Counted from the stretch's first letter, positions 41,219 to 50,837 are shown. The stretch is DNA of 64,000 nt from Alphaproteobacteria bacterium (GCA_015062305.1 SUUX01000003.1:74160-138159), one strand, 5' to 3'. Numbers and translations: made by a program. The notes: generated from the sequence alone by a model not told the origin.

Positions 41219-42229
41219 ATGCGTATTTATTGTCCGCAATGTAATGTTTGTTATGAATTAGATGAAACGCTTATACCAGAGGGAGGGCGTAAGCTTCGTT
41301 GCAGTAATTGTGGCGAAGTGTTCCGTTTTGATAAAAACGGTGTGCAGATTCAAGATGCAATGTCTGAATTGCAAAAACTTATGCAAGAGCAGATGTTGTC
41401 TGAAGATGATGTGGCTGAAGAAACTGTAGAAGATAGTTCGAGTGTTGCAGATGGAGATGATATTAAGGATAATGTAGAAGAAGCAGAGGTTGATGTCGAA
41501 TCTTCTGGTTTGCAAAATGAAAATGCTTCCAAACAAGAAGAAGCAGCGCAGGAGCTTGAACAGTCAAAAGAATCCGAACAAGAAGAAACAGCAGTTTCTT
41601 TTGATGATGATACAGCTAAAGTTGATGAACAAGCTTCTAAGGAAGAAATTGAGAAAGTAGAAGAAAAGCCAGAAGTAGATATGCGTGATATTTTTGAGCG
41701 CCTGAATGAGCAAAGTGAAAGGCTTTTTCAGGAAGAGCAAAAAATGCCACTGAAAGATAGGTTGCTTCTACAACTAAAAACAATGCTCGGGTTGAATCGC
41801 AAGATAAATTATAAATTGGTTGGAATTGTTTGTGCGGTTGTTGCTTTGGTGGCTGTTTATAATTATCGTTATGAGATTGCGCGAAGCGTGCCTTTGGTTG
41901 GTGCAATTTATAAGATTTTGGGTATAAAAGCACATGTTCCTGGGGAAGGTCTTGAATTTCAGAATATTAATTGGAATTTTATTGAGAATGAAGCCGGGCG
42001 TGTGTTGGAAGTGAAAGGTTTTATTTATAATCCAACTGATAGAGAAATAGATATTCCAACAGTTAGAGTTGAAATTTTGGATAAAGATACAGTGCTGCAG
42101 CAAAGTATAAACCAGAAACCAACAGTGCAGTCTTTAAAGCCAGATAGTAGAATTGCAGTAGGCGTGATTGTTAAGTCTCCATCTCCAACTGCAAAGTATG
42201 TGTATATGACTTTTATAGATTTGGATTAG
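41219..42229 (+). CDS. MJ0042-type zinc-ribbon protein with an acidic linker, one TM helix and a C-terminal DUF3426-like domain
   Basis: CPQC..C...C.NC zinc ribbon, a long D/E-rich region, the TM segment LVGIVCAVVALVAVY, and a C-terminal beta-rich domain. Confidence 0.6.
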   Translation: MRIYCPQCNVCYELDETLIPEGGRKLRCSNCGEVFRFDKNGVQIQDAMSELQKLMQEQMLSEDDVAEETVEDSSSVADGDDIKDNVEEAEVDVESSGLQNENASKQEEAAQELEQSKESEQEETAVSFDDDTAKVDEQASKEEIEKVEEKPEVDMRDIFERLNEQSERLFQEEQKMPLKDRLLLQLKTMLGLNRKINYKLVGIVCAVVALVAVYNYRYEIARSVPLVGAIYKILGIKAHVPGEGLEFQNINWNFIENEAGRVLEVKGFIYNPTDREIDIPTVRVEILDKDTVLQQSINQKPTVQSLKPDSRIAVGVIVKSPSPTAKYVYMTFIDLD

Positions 42230-43125
42230 TGTTGTCTACTGAGAATAAAGTCGGCTAGATTGTGTAGGTCTGTAGCTTCTGCACCAAAAATGCTGAGAGC
42301 ATCATGGCTTTCTGCAATTAGTTGTGAGGCGATTGCTTTGGCTTGAGAGAGACCATATAAACGAACAAAGGTTAGTTTGTTTTGAGCAGCATCTTTGCCT
42401 AGGGTTTTTCCCATTTGTTCTGTGGAACCTTCAACATCAAGAATATCATCGGTGATTTGGAAAGAAATTCCTATTTTACGAGCATAGGTTGATAACGCTT
42501 GATATTTATCTTGAGGTGCGTTTCCTAAAACAGCTCCAGCCTCACAAGCAAAACAAAGTAGGCGGCCTGTTTTCATTTCTTCAATGTGTTTGATGATTGG
42601 TTCTGGATTTTGTGAGTTGATGTTTTTTTCTGATAGCAAATCAAGCATTTGTCCTGCAATCATGCCATCAAAAGCACCAGCTCCTCTGGCAAGCATATTT
42701 GCCAATCGACAGCGAATAGCTGCCGAAAGATTATTGTTGTCAGAGGTTATAAGTTCGAATGCATAGGTAAGCAACCCGTCTCCGGCGAGTATTGCGGTGG
42801 CTTCATCAAACTGTTTGTGGCAGGTTGGTTTGCCGCGGCGCAAGTCATCATTGTCCATGGCGGGAAGGTCATCATGAATAAGAGAATATGTATGTAGACA
42901 TTCTAAAGCTGCAGCAACAGGAAAAGATTGATCAGGCGATATATTAAATAGTTGTGCTGTTTGGGTTATTAGATATGGGCGCAGACGTTTGCCTCCATTT
43001 CCTACAGAATAAGCCATGGCTTCTACAACTTGTCGTTCGGCTCCATTGGGTTTGTCAAATAATGAAAGGAGCTTGTTATTAAATTCAGTGGAAAATGTTT
43101 TGAGACGCGATGAGAAATCTGACAT
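42226..43125 (-). CDS. ispA: Farnesyl diphosphate synthase
   Basis: FARM motif LIHDDLPAMDNDDLRRG and SARM motif QITDDILD. Confidence 0.85.
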   Translation of the reverse strand: MSDFSSRLKTFSTEFNNKLLSLFDKPNGAERQVVEAMAYSVGNGGKRLRPYLITQTAQLFNISPDQSFPVAAALECLHTYSLIHDDLPAMDNDDLRRGKPTCHKQFDEATAILAGDGLLTYAFELITSDNNNLSAAIRCRLANMLARGAGAFDGMIAGQMLDLLSEKNINSQNPEPIIKHIEEMKTGRLLCFACEAGAVLGNAPQDKYQALSTYARKIGISFQITDDILDVEGSTEQMGKTLGKDAAQNKLTFVRLYGLSQAKAIASQLIAESHDALSIFGAEATDLHNLADFILSRQH

Positions 43126-43126
43126 G

Positions 43127-43369
43127 TTAAGCCTCTGGAATGTTGAATTCTGATGTTGACATATTGCCGTTATTAATTTCTATTTTTTCAATTTTAAGAC
43201 GTGCATTTTCCAGTTTTTTTTCACATAATTGTTTGAGGGATACCGCTTGTTCATAGGCTGAAACAGCGTCATCAAGCTTAATTCGTCCGCCTTCTAGTTC
43301 TCTGACAATATTTTCCAAACGAGATAAAGCATCTTCAAAACTGAGTTCTTGTATATTTTCGGTGTTCAT
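43127..43369 (-). CDS. xseB: Exodeoxyribonuclease VII small subunit
   Basis: 80 aa beginning MNTENIQELSFEDALSRLENIVRELEGG. Sits immediately upstream of ispA. The track ORF is over-extended at the 5' end. Confidence 0.85.
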   Translation of the reverse strand: MNTENIQELSFEDALSRLENIVRELEGGRIKLDDAVSAYEQAVSLKQLCEKKLENARLKIEKIEINNGNMSTSEFNIPEA

Positions 43370-43516
43370 ATTTTTGCTCCTTATATTTGTTTGAATGTTA
43401 TAGCAATAAGATTGTGTTGGCAACAATTCTGATTTAGATATTAAAAAATATTTTGCTTGGGAGAGGGGTGTTTTTGTGCAAATAAAGATTATATCTTGGG
43501 AGGTTAGGCTTGGGAG

Positions 43517-43795
43517 ATGGTTATGAATAAAAAACGTATCAAACTTTATGCTAATAAACTTAAGGCAATGGGAAATGAAAGGCGACTCGAAATTTTGTTC
43601 TATCTTTATGAGCAAGAGCATAATGTTGGTGAGTTGGAGCAAAAAATTAATTTGAGCCAATCGGCGTTGTCTCAACATTTGGCGGTTTTACGAGGAGCAG
43701 AAATTGTAAAAACCAGAAGAGTTGCTCAAACTATATATTATTCCCTTAAAGATAAAGATGTCAGCAGGTTGTTAGCTCAGATTGAAGACTTTTAG
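43517..43795 (+). CDS. ArsR/SmtB-family transcriptional regulator
   Basis: HTH in RRLEILFYLYEQEHNVGELEQKINLSQSALSQHLAVLRGAEIV. Confidence 0.7.
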   Translation: MVMNKKRIKLYANKLKAMGNERRLEILFYLYEQEHNVGELEQKINLSQSALSQHLAVLRGAEIVKTRRVAQTIYYSLKDKDVSRLLAQIEDF

Positions 43796-44949
43796 CTATA
43801 ATGTTGTAGTTCAATGTCTTTGGTTTTGGGGTTATATGTTATGGAGAGTTTTCCATGACGCAGGTCTTGTGCGTGTTTTCCAAAAATATCATATCTCCAA
43901 CCTGAGAGTATATGATTGTCTTGATCTTTGAAAATGCTAAAATCGTGTAGATTTTCATCTGTTGCGATAAGCCTGGCAACCACACCTTGCTGTTGACTTA
44001 TGATTTTTAGCAATAGTTTTAAAAGTTCAAAAAGTGATGAAGATTTGTCCGGCAAATCTTTAATTTTTGGGGGTGTTACATAGTCGCTTTCTGGAATATG
44101 GCGGCAATGTTCTAATACTTCTAAAATTTCATCTCCCAGCTTGCCTTTGGCAACATCTGCACGCAAATTGCGAATTTGGCAGAGTTGTTCTTTTGTTTGG
44201 GGATCGCAAGCACAGATATTTAGCAGAGCGTCATCTTTGATATAACTTTGTCTAGGAGTGTTTTTGGTTTGAGAGCGGTGTTCTCTCCAGGCTGCAAGTT
44301 CTCTTAAGATTGTGAGAAATTTTGCGCTATGAGAGCGATGTTTGATGCGTGTCCATGCGTCTTGAGGCTTGATGATGTAAGTGGAGGGAGATGTTAAGAT
44401 GTTGATTTCTTCATTTATCCAACTAGAGCGCTTATTGTCTTTTAATTTTTGAGACAGTATTTCATATATTTCTACAAGATGTGTGACATCTGATAAGGCA
44501 TAATTTAGTTGCGAATCGCTTAAAGGACGTTTGCTCCAATCAGATAAGCGATTAGTCTTGTCTAATTTGCGATGAAGTAAGTATAATACCAAATTTTCAT
44601 AGCTGATACTTTCTCCATAACCACAAACCATTGCTGCGATTTGAGTATCAAATAAAGGATAGGGGATTATTCCGCTGAGATTATATATAATTTCAATATC
44701 TTGGCGTCCAGAATGAAATACTTTTATGATATTTGGATTATGCATTAAATCAAAAAAAGGTTGCAATTTTATATCCGGAGAAAGAGGATCAATAATATAA
44801 CTTGATGTTTTAGAACCAATTTGAATAAGGCACAGTTGAGCATAGTAATGCTTTTCTCTCAAGAATTCCAAATCTACAGTAACAAAAGAGCAGGTTTCTA
44901 GTTGTGAGCATATTTGTTTGAGAGCGTCGGTATTGGTTATTATATCCAT
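43792..44949 (-). CDS. rnd: Ribonuclease D
   Basis: DEDDy 3'-5' exonuclease domain (VDLEF...HSGRQD...YALSDV) plus an HRDC region. 385 aa. Confidence 0.85.
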   Translation of the reverse strand: MDIITNTDALKQICSQLETCSFVTVDLEFLREKHYYAQLCLIQIGSKTSSYIIDPLSPDIKLQPFFDLMHNPNIIKVFHSGRQDIEIIYNLSGIIPYPLFDTQIAAMVCGYGESISYENLVLYLLHRKLDKTNRLSDWSKRPLSDSQLNYALSDVTHLVEIYEILSQKLKDNKRSSWINEEINILTSPSTYIIKPQDAWTRIKHRSHSAKFLTILRELAAWREHRSQTKNTPRQSYIKDDALLNICACDPQTKEQLCQIRNLRADVAKGKLGDEILEVLEHCRHIPESDYVTPPKIKDLPDKSSSLFELLKLLLKIISQQQGVVARLIATDENLHDFSIFKDQDNHILSGWRYDIFGKHAQDLRHGKLSITYNPKTKDIELQHYS

Positions 44950-45127
44950 TATTAATTCTCCGTATGTGGCTTATTGTTAGCTTATATATCTAAATTTATA
45001 TAAAATGAAGATTTTTTTTTAAGAAACTTATCTTTAGGGTTGAAAAACATAAAAAACTGCAATATAGGTTTTATACTTTTATATAATTAAGCTAAGCATT
45101 GTGTGTCATCAGAAGGTGGTGCTTTTG

Positions 45128-45778
45128 ATGATTGAGAAATATTACCGCAAAATTAAAAAAAAAATTACTATGTTGAAAAACCCAGACAACAGGTTGTATG
45201 CAATTATTGATGCAACTGATTTAGATGCAATCGAAACTGTGAAGTCGGCTTTGAAGCCTTTTGAACCAAAGTACCGAGTTGGTAAGACCGTTGTGGTCGG
45301 TGGATTTAATGATGTGATGTTTGTTGAAATTCGCAAACGAGAAGGGCCTATTTTTGAAATATTGAAAAATTTGGCTGAGACGCACCATTTTTATCCATTC
45401 TATGTGGTTGAAGAGGGTAAAAATCTGCTTCCTAAGGCAGACAAGTATGGAGCCGGTTTTCATTATCACGTTGTGGAGGCGGCGATGGCTGATATCTCTG
45501 TATGTAGAAATGGATTTTTTCCATGGCTGCAGGAGTTTAGAGCTGTTGCCAAGGCAATTTATTTGGATGATAGTATCTTCTTGAAGTTGCATGCCTATGT
45601 GCGTGAAGAAGACGATAGAGTCCATGTGTTGATGGCAAACACCGAAAATACCAGACGCCATTTGCCGGAAGATAAAGTGACACTCGGAGAGAAGGGGTGG
45701 CATGATGCAGTGTTGAAGTTGGCTCGTTTGATGTCTATTGAAGTTGAGTTTAAGGATATTTTGTACAAGTATCTTTGA
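45128..45778 (+). CDS. Hypothetical protein
   Basis: ORF with an AAGGTGG RBS before the Met at 45128. No recognised motif. Confidence 0.45.
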   Translation: MIEKYYRKIKKKITMLKNPDNRLYAIIDATDLDAIETVKSALKPFEPKYRVGKTVVVGGFNDVMFVEIRKREGPIFEILKNLAETHHFYPFYVVEEGKNLLPKADKYGAGFHYHVVEAAMADISVCRNGFFPWLQEFRAVAKAIYLDDSIFLKLHAYVREEDDRVHVLMANTENTRRHLPEDKVTLGEKGWHDAVLKLARLMSIEVEFKDILYKYL

Positions 45779-45916
45779 GACTTTGGAGTTTGTGTTAAAG
45801 AAGCTGGTCTTATACCGGCTTCTTTTTTTTTGTTTTTTGGGATTTTTGATGTTGATTTTGAAAGTGTTTGGTAATAATAGTAAAAATGGTTTAACTTTAT
45901 ACATTGAGGAATCGTA

Positions 45917-47677
45917 ATGCAAAACTATAGAACACATAATTGTGGAGAATTGAGATCTGCAGATATAAATAAGGAGGTGAAGTTGTCCGGATGGATTCAC
46001 CGTAAACGTAATTTGGGAAATTTGTGTTTTGTTGATTTGCGAGATCATTATGGAATTACTCAATGCGTGATAGATAGTGCTTCTGAATTGTTTGCAAAAG
46101 TTGAGGCTCTGCGGCCGGAATCTGTGGTTGGGTTTAGCGGTGTGGTAATCGCACGTGAAAGCGTAAACAAAAATATGCCAACCGGGGATATTGAGATAAA
46201 AGTTAATGCGCTGGAAATATATTCAGAAGCTGAGGTCTTGCCTTTTCAGGTGGCGATAGAAGATGACGCTCCGGAAGAGTTGCGTCTGAAATATCGCTTT
46301 TTGGATTTGCGTAAAGAGCGTATTCATAATAATATGTTAGTGCGTTCAAAGGTGATTGAGCGTACTAGACAACTGATGAGAGAGCAAGGATTTGTGGAAT
46401 ATCAAACGCCGATTTTGACGTCTTCTTCTCCAGAGGGAGCAAGAGATTTTTTGGTTCCGTCTCGTTTGAATCCAGGAAAGTTTTATGCTTTGCCACAAGC
46501 ACCACAACAATTTAAGCAATTGTTGATGGTATCAGGTTTTGATAAATATTTTCAAATTGCTCCATGTTTTAGAGATGAGGACCCAAGGGCAGACAGAAGT
46601 CCGGGAGAATTTTATCAGATGGATATGGAGATGAGCTTTGTTACTCAAGAAGAGGTTTTTGAAGTAATAGAGCATACTTTGGGTGCTATTTTTAATGAAT
46701 TTGCGTGGGGACGTACTGTCGATCAGGCTCCATTTATCAGAATACCGTTTAGGACAGCAATGTTTGAGTATGGTTCGGATAAACCGGATTTGCGCAATCC
46801 GCTCAAGTGGCAAAATGCTACAGAGTTTTTTGGAGATTCTGGTTTTGGGGTGTATGATTCCAGAGTGAGCAATGGAGATATTGTAAAAGCTTTGGTTGTT
46901 CCAGCTGCAGGGGAAAAGCCTCGTTCATTTTTTGATAAGCTGGATGCTATGGCTAAAGAAGAAGGCATGGGTGGTGTTGCATATATTGCTTTGGCTCAGG
47001 CAGGAGCTAAAGGAATTGCCAAATTTTTTGATGAAGCCAAATTAGCGACATTGTCAGAAAAACTGGGAGCAAAAATCGGTGATGCGATTTTGTTTGTGAT
47101 TGGCAAAGGTGCAAAATTTGACAAGTTTAGTGGTCGTTTGCGCAACAAAGTTGGTGAAGATTTGAATTTGGTTGATAAAAAATCTTTCAAGATGTGTTGG
47201 ATTGTTGATTTTCCGTTCTATGAAGAGAACGAAGAAACCGGAGCCGTTGAATTTTCTCATAATCCGTTTTCTATGCCCCAAGGCGGAATGGATGCTTTGC
47301 TTAATAAAAATCCTTTAGATATTTTAGCCTATCAGTATGATTTTGTATGTAATGGCGCAGAGTTGCTTTCTGGAGCTGTTCGTAATCATAGTCCGGAAAT
47401 TATGTATAAAGCATTTGAACTTGCCGGTTATGATCATTCTGTTGTTGATAATAAATTTGGTGGTATGATACGAGCATTTAAATTTGGCGCCCCCCCTCAC
47501 GCAGGTTCTGCTTTTGGTGTAGATCGTTTAGTTATGTTAATTCTTGAAGAAGCAATCATAAGAGATGTAATTTTATTTCCCCTTAATGGAAAAGCACAAG
47601 ATCTTCTTATGCAAGCGCCTAATGAGGTGACAGAGTTGCAGTTGAAAGAGCTTCACATAGGTTTAAAACTTGGATAA
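45917..47677 (+). CDS. aspS: Aspartyl-tRNA synthetase (bacterial type with GAD insertion)
   Basis: 586 aa. OB fold, class II motifs FRDE, QLLM and [23 protein letters not shown], and the GAD insertion domain. Confidence 0.93.
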   Translation: MQNYRTHNCGELRSADINKEVKLSGWIHRKRNLGNLCFVDLRDHYGITQCVIDSASELFAKVEALRPESVVGFSGVVIARESVNKNMPTGDIEIKVNALEIYSEAEVLPFQVAIEDDAPEELRLKYRFLDLRKERIHNNMLVRSKVIERTRQLMREQGFVEYQTPILTSSSPEGARDFLVPSRLNPGKFYALPQAPQQFKQLLMVSGFDKYFQIAPCFRDEDPRADRSPGEFYQMDMEMSFVTQEEVFEVIEHTLGAIFNEFAWGRTVDQAPFIRIPFRTAMFEYGSDKPDLRNPLKWQNATEFFGDSGFGVYDSRVSNGDIVKALVVPAAGEKPRSFFDKLDAMAKEEGMGGVAYIALAQAGAKGIAKFFDEAKLATLSEKLGAKIGDAILFVIGKGAKFDKFSGRLRNKVGEDLNLVDKKSFKMCWIVDFPFYEENEETGAVEFSHNPFSMPQGGMDALLNKNPLDILAYQYDFVCNGAELLSGAVRNHSPEIMYKAFELAGYDHSVVDNKFGGMIRAFKFGAPPHAGSAFGVDRLVMLILEEAIIRDVILFPLNGKAQDLLMQAPNEVTELQLKELHIGLKLG

Positions 47678-47679
47678 TG

Positions 47680-48040
47680 GCTCATCTAGAGCAGTTTTAC
47701 GGAGTTGATAAAAATTCATGTAGGTTTATCTACACTAAAATTTTTATCACTTCTAGAAACTACTCTATCTAAGCCATTCTACAAGTTTTAAAAACTTGGA
47801 TAATGACCCATCTAGAGCAATTTTTTTGAGTTGATAAAAATTCATGTAGGTTTATCTACACTAAAATTTTTATCACTTCTAGAAACTACTCTATTCTCAA
47901 GCCATTCTACAAGTTTTAAAAACTTGGATAATGACCCATCTAGAGCAGTTTTTTTGAGTTGATAAAAATTCATGTAAGTCTATCTACACTGAAAATTTTA
48001 TTACTTTTCGAAACTACTCTATTCTCAAGCCATTCTACAA
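47680..48040. repeat. Tandem array of about 3 copies of a ~128-bp unit immediately 3' of aspS
   Basis: Units begin near 47680, 47806 and 47934. The third unit is more diverged and truncated. Each unit re-copies the last ~20 nt of aspS (ttaaaacttggataatg) and carries the catctagagc and catgtaggtttatctacactaaaattt motifs. Confidence 0.85.
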
Positions 48041-48042
48041 GA

Positions 48043-48072
48043 AGAGAGGAGATTTAGTCTCCTCTTTTTTGT
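48043..48072 (+). terminator. Rho-independent terminator after the repeat array
   Basis: agaggagatttagtctcctct followed by tttttt. Confidence 0.7.
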
Positions 48073-48162
48073 TTTAAAATAACTCTATTGACAATTAAAA
48101 GTTGTGGAAATATGGTTTTATATCAACTTTGAGTTGTTTTTAGAGGTGTGTTATGAAAAAAG

Positions 48163-48333
48163 CGTTTATGATTTTTGCATTGCTTGCGTGTATTAATGAT
48201 TTGGGATATACTCCTATTGTTGAGCGCAGGGGGTGTTGTTCTTGGCATGGCGGAGTGTGTGGGTGCTCTATGGGTAGAGTAATGTGCTGTGATGGTACCG
48301 CAAGTCCAAGTTGCAGATGTTAATATGGTATAG
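48163..48333 (+). CDS. Small (56-aa) cysteine-rich predicted lipopeptide
   Basis: Not in the ORF track because it is under 60 aa. Sequence is MKKAFMIFALLAC-INDLGYTPIVERRGCCSWHGGVCGCSMGRVMCCDGTASPSCRC. It has a lipobox LLAC and 8 Cys arranged as two CC-x6-C-x-C half-sites. RBS assignment is uncertain. Confidence 0.45.
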
Positions 48334-48411
48334 AGAATTTTTATTTGATGCTTTGTTTATTTGTTTGAAGATGTTATATTAGGTTTGATAATTTAGTGTG
48401 GAGAAAAAACA

Positions 48412-49008
48412 ATGAAAAAGCATTTGTTTTGGGGTGCAATTATGGTAGGTGTTTTGTATGGAACATATTTTTTATCATTACCGCCAAAAAAACACGAAGA
48501 ACAGTCAATAAATATAAAAAAAGTTGCTCAGACAGACAAATTTTATACGATAAGAAAAGATGAATATATTTATGATGGTGGAGCGCACGGGTATACTATT
48601 ACTCGATGGAATAGTTTTGATAAAAAAACAAAAGTACAGATAAATGATAAGATATTGAATGATAGAAAAGATGAACGCTTGAATGATTTGTTAAGACAAG
48701 GATTGATTGCTTATTTTGCAAAATATGTGCCTTTGTATGGAGGCAGAGAGTTTGAGCCAAATAAATTAAATGAAGAGATTTTGGTTGATGTAGAAGAGGG
48801 AAATTTGCCTCCGCCCAAGGGGGAGCCATTTTTGATGGAAAAAGGTGTGGGTTTTATGTATGGACAATATGAAATTAGCAATTATGCCAATGGTCAGCCG
48901 GCTTTTGTAGTGCCATATTATTTGATGCAACCTTATATGTCTGCAGAGATTTTGGCTTTGGTAGAGCCTATAAAATATGATACTGAAATTGAGCCCATAT
49001 TGCCGTAA
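48412..49008 (+). CDS. Hypothetical N-terminally anchored exported protein (198 aa)
   Basis: TM/signal segment HLFWGAIMVGVLYGTYFL. No recognised motif. Confidence 0.5.
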   Translation: MKKHLFWGAIMVGVLYGTYFLSLPPKKHEEQSINIKKVAQTDKFYTIRKDEYIYDGGAHGYTITRWNSFDKKTKVQINDKILNDRKDERLNDLLRQGLIAYFAKYVPLYGGREFEPNKLNEEILVDVEEGNLPPPKGEPFLMEKGVGFMYGQYEISNYANGQPAFVVPYYLMQPYMSAEILALVEPIKYDTEIEPILP

Positions 49009-49011
49009 CAA

Positions 49012-49046
49012 TAAAAAATCCTGCAATATAGCAGGATTTAATTTAT
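49012..49046. terminator. Bidirectional terminator hairpin
   Basis: aatcctgcaatatagcaggatt. A T-run is present on the minus strand and a weaker one on the plus strand. Confidence 0.6.
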
Positions 49047-49252
49047 TCAAAGGGCAAAATTTGTTGGCTGTCAGCTTCTAGTTTGCCGGTTTTGGTGTTA
49101 AAAACCATTCCGGATGTTCTAGGCCTAAAAACTGGACTTTTTTTGCCCAGATGGATGGCTCTAAGATTGAGAGCGCTTTCAACAATTTTGCTAAGTGATA
49201 TGCATGCAATGATGAAACATAGCAACAGCATAATGATTTTTAATGTAAGCAT
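49043..49252 (-). CDS. Small hypothetical membrane-anchored protein (69 aa), possibly a truncated paralog of the 49959..50390 gene
   Basis: The N-terminus MLTLKIIMLLLCFIIACISL and a 20-nt stretch around the start codon are shared with the gene at 50390. Confidence 0.35.
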   Translation of the reverse strand: MLTLKIIMLLLCFIIACISLSKIVESALNLRAIHLGKKSPVFRPRTSGMVFNTKTGKLEADSQQILPFE

Positions 49253-49400
49253 ATAATTATGATTTAGATAATTGATAAAAAATTAAAATCTTGCCCAGTA
49301 GACCATATCTAACTTGAAAAATCAATAGAGAAAAATTGATTGTCTTTGTTTTTATTTTATGTTATTATCTAGATATATAGACAAAAGAGGAGGCTCTGAT

Positions 49401-49856
49401 ATGGATAAAAATTCCAATTTAACAAAGTTGCAAAAGGGGTATTTAAAATTTGATCGTTTGATAAGCAATATTCTTGCTCCTAAAATTTTAAGGCCTTCGG
49501 AAAAGGATTTTAAAGAGAATAAATTGCGTTATTTTGCAAAGTGTGCTGCTACGGTGTGTTGTACGGTAGCTGTTGGAGCGGCAGCTTTTACTATAGCTCC
49601 GGTGCCTACGGCTCTGGTTGCGGCATCTGTAGCTATGGGAAGAGCTTATGCTTCAAAAGGTAGAAGCGATGTTGTGCCTGTATGCCCTGTTGCAGTTTCT
49701 CAGAAACCGCCAATGAAGAGAGAGAAGTTTGAGGAATTAAGCCGTTCAAGTCCTACTAATAATCGTTCAAATTCTAATGGTGGAAGCTCCAAAGAAAGTC
49801 ATACAGCGGCGTTTTTAAGCAAATTTAGGGCAAATCAAATGGATAAGCTATCTTAA
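49401..49856 (+). CDS. Hypothetical protein with an Ala/Val-rich TM hairpin
   Basis: AGAGGAGG RBS before the Met at 49401. Hydrophobic segment AATVCCTVAVGAAAFTIAPVPTALVAASVAMG. Confidence 0.45.
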   Translation: MDKNSNLTKLQKGYLKFDRLISNILAPKILRPSEKDFKENKLRYFAKCAATVCCTVAVGAAAFTIAPVPTALVAASVAMGRAYASKGRSDVVPVCPVAVSQKPPMKREKFEELSRSSPTNNRSNSNGGSSKESHTAAFLSKFRANQMDKLS

Positions 49857-49914
49857 AATTGCTGAACTATGGCAACGGCCAATTTTGAACTTTTTCGAAA
49901 ACGGTATCATAAAG

Positions 49915-49945
49915 TAAAACCCCTCACAACAATATTGTGAGGGGT
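49915..49945. terminator. Hairpin between convergent genes (possible bidirectional terminator)
   Basis: cccctcacaacaatattgtgagggg perfect stem. The flanking T-runs are weak. Confidence 0.45.
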
Positions 49946-49958
49946 AGGGTAAGAAATT

Positions 49959-50390
49959 CTATATATCTTCTTCAGAAAGAAAATATAGTAATTCACCATT
50001 AAGCTCAATGCCGACAACTTTTTTCTCTCTTATAGTATAAAAAACTATAATATCGCCGTACCGAGGAGTAGTGTCGGTATGAGACTGCAGAAAAGCATGA
50101 GAATCATATGTTAAAATCTCGTAACCATCATCTTCAATAGGTATCACTCCTGTGATTTTTTGTGGTTTGCTTTTTACAACTTTTGCTCCACACAAATAAT
50201 CTTTTACTTGAGGAGCTTTGTCTTTTTTATCCATAGTATAAAGTGTTAGTTTTTTTTTAATTGTTTCAATCTGTTTATTTATCTCTTCAAATTGTTTTTC
50301 TTGCATACAAGCCCAAGCAATAATGAAAGCGATAAACACAATTACTGAAAGACCGGCTAAGCAAAGTCCGATGATTTTTAATGTAAGCAT
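49959..50390 (-). CDS. Hypothetical N-terminally anchored protein (143 aa)
   Basis: MLTLKIIGLCLAGLSVIVFIAFIIAWAC anchor, a coiled-coil-like stretch, then a C-terminal beta-rich region. Confidence 0.5.
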   Translation of the reverse strand: MLTLKIIGLCLAGLSVIVFIAFIIAWACMQEKQFEEINKQIETIKKKLTLYTMDKKDKAPQVKDYLCGAKVVKSKPQKITGVIPIEDDGYEILTYDSHAFLQSHTDTTPRYGDIIVFYTIREKKVVGIELNGELLYFLSEEDI

Positions 50391-50487
50391 AATAGTAAGT
50401 ATTTAATTGGTTTGATATCATAATTTTTAGTAGTGTGCAGATATTAATTTAGTTATTCGAAAAAGGCAAGTATATTTAAAACAAAAA

Positions 50488-50529
50488 AATCCCTCACAAG
50501 GAGGGATTTTTTATGGTGCCAACAGAGAG
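50488..50529 (-). repeat. Duplicated tRNA-Thr 3' end (16 nt) with its downstream terminator hairpin
   Basis: tggtgccaacagagag at 50514-50529 equals the 3' terminal 16 nt of the tRNA-Thr gene at 50762-50777. Both copies are followed, on the tRNA strand, by a G/C stem plus a T-run. Confidence 0.6.
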
Positions 50530-50761
50530 CTTGTCCTTGCTCGTAAGTTCGCTTTCGGCTCACTAACTCGCTTCGGTCACCGCCTTTGTAACACTTGTTT
50601 CGCTTCGTTGTCACTAGCTCACAAGCTAACAAAAGCGTAACCTGCGTTGAAAAAAGCCAATTACTTTTGGCTTTTTTCTGCCTCGTCCCGACACCAAGTG
50701 GGTCGGAATTTCGTTCTGTAGATACCATTAAAAAATCCCCCATAAAAGGGGGATTTTTTAA

Positions 50762-50837
50762 TGGTGCCAACAGAGAGACTCGAACTCCCGACCCACTGAT
50801 TACAAATCAGTAGCTCTACCAACTGAGCTATGTTGGC
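50762..50837 (-). tRNA. tRNA-Thr (anticodon UGU), CCA encoded
   Basis: The reverse complement gccaacatagctcagttggtagagctactgatttgtaatcag...ttcgagtctctctgttggcacca folds as a cloverleaf: 7-bp acceptor stem, GG-containing D-loop, anticodon loop tt-TGT-aa, and TTCGAGT T-loop. Confidence 0.9.

Noticed and set aside
47680-48040. Possible CRISPR array
   Set aside because: The units are ~128 bp with no unique spacers between them and each copies the aspS 3' end. No cas genes. This is a tandem duplication of an intergenic repeat element, not CRISPR.
50488-50762. Two-piece (permuted) alphaproteobacterial tmRNA at the duplicated tRNA-like 3' end
   Set aside because: The duplicated 3' end is identical to tRNA-Thr, not an Ala-accepting G3:U70 stem. 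No tag-peptide reading frame or pseudoknot-like region is evident in the 230-bp spacer.
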